Shown piece after piece: positions 63,067 through 64,000 of a stretch of 64,000 bases of DNA. The DNA is from Haliotis rubra. Lineage: Eukaryota. Positions within the stretch are counted from its first letter, which is position 1, and every line of letters starts with the position of its first letter. The stretch spans positions 1 to 64,000 of the forward strand of contig NW_025765296.1 of assembly GCF_003918875.1 (NCBI RefSeq). Direction: 5' to 3'. The notes under the pieces are model-generated. The model saw nothing but the letters and a program-made list of their open reading frames with translations, made no database searches and was not told the DNA's origin. The position numbers and the translations under genes are program-made.

Positions 63067-63719
63067 CTTCAAAAAACAAAATATTGACTGATTTAAACAG
63101 ATTCTGATATCTTATAATACTGATATCAATAAAGTTATGAAAGACATTTTCAAACAAAAATAGTGTTATCTAGGTTATCCTCCCAAACATCCTTATTTCT
63201 AAGGATACTGAGGTCTCAGCTCTTTGCAAAGAAAAGCTGCTGGTTTACTAAACCTGTTTACTTTTCATTTACATAAAGCAAATACAATTACCCTAATGGT
63301 GTAGTATCCCCATCCAAATTCACACAAGATACTGGCCATTACTTTTCAGAAAAGGACAGATACTAGAAATACTAACTGAACTGAAGAAATGCTTGGGGGT
63401 CTAGTTATACAAAATGTATAATAGAACATGTTTATGGTTTACAACTTTTAAACTCATCAAGGAACTCTAAAGCTACATCATCTGTTCGAGGATTGCCCAG
63501 GAACAATGTATGATCATGGCTCTTTTAAGGGTTCAGCCCTGATTATATTATATGGAATTAAATTAGAACTGTGAGTTTGAATGTGTATGCTGAAGATAAG
63601 TATACTATTCTATTACTGAGATTTTGGTAAATCCCAGCTCAAGTCAGTGTGCTTATATATTTTAACTTTTTTACTCTGGCCAATACATGTTGTAGATGAG
63701 GGAGATGAAATTCTTTAGT

Positions 63720-63895
63720 ATGTGCAACTTCTTTCTTATTTACACATGACGTTTCTGGGCTAATACTTGCCCCTTCATCAGGTGAATCACCTGATGAAGG
63801 GGCAAGTATTAGCCCAGAAACGTCGTGATTCACCTGATGAAGGGGTAGGTATTAGCCCAGAAACGTCGTGTGTAAATAATAAAGAAGTTGCACAT
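63720..63895. repeat. Palindromic plus tandem Penelope-like repeat with three minimal hammerhead-like cores
   Basis: CTGATGA-AG-GGGC-loop-GCCC-A-GAAACGTC once on minus (63745-63785) and twice on plus (63788-63870). Confidence 0.7.
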
Positions 63896-64000
63896 CCATA
63901 TCAAGTGTGTTGTATTACCCTACCAACTTCTAAATGCCTATCAAACATCTCTTTAGTAATTATTTCCCCAGAATCGTACATTTCCTATATATCTGTGTGA

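Overview
Eukaryotic, AT-rich, intron- and repeat-rich invertebrate DNA. The SINE and HINE repertoire suggests a mollusc, possibly abalone (inference). There are three spliced genes, all on the minus strand. (1) The last three exons of SYCP3 (63066-59929); its 5' part lies outside the window. (2) A complete 6-exon, 207-aa phosducin-like/TXNDC9 gene (58522-54267). (3) An 11-exon FANCE homologue (36665-16366) whose exons left of a 4.8-kb intronic minisatellite carry several single-base indels, so it is either an assembly artefact or a decaying gene. An ~8-kb tandem duplication (~40960-49007 vs ~49125-57530) created a promoterless, disabled copy of TXNDC9 exons 3-6. The rest is transposon-derived: an internally deleted DIRS element with intact ITR/ICR ends, Gypsy remnants, Tc1/mariner, hAT and Merlin-like MITEs, a HINE, three SINE families, and an rve-type transposase whose own coding sequence has expanded into a ~30-copy 62-bp satellite. 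Most notable are a family of small palindromic or tandem Penelope-like repeats carrying minimal hammerhead-ribozyme cores (best copy 63720-63895) and a repeat unit with an internal tRNA-like Pol III cassette. All calls come from manual reading and translation; no searches were run.
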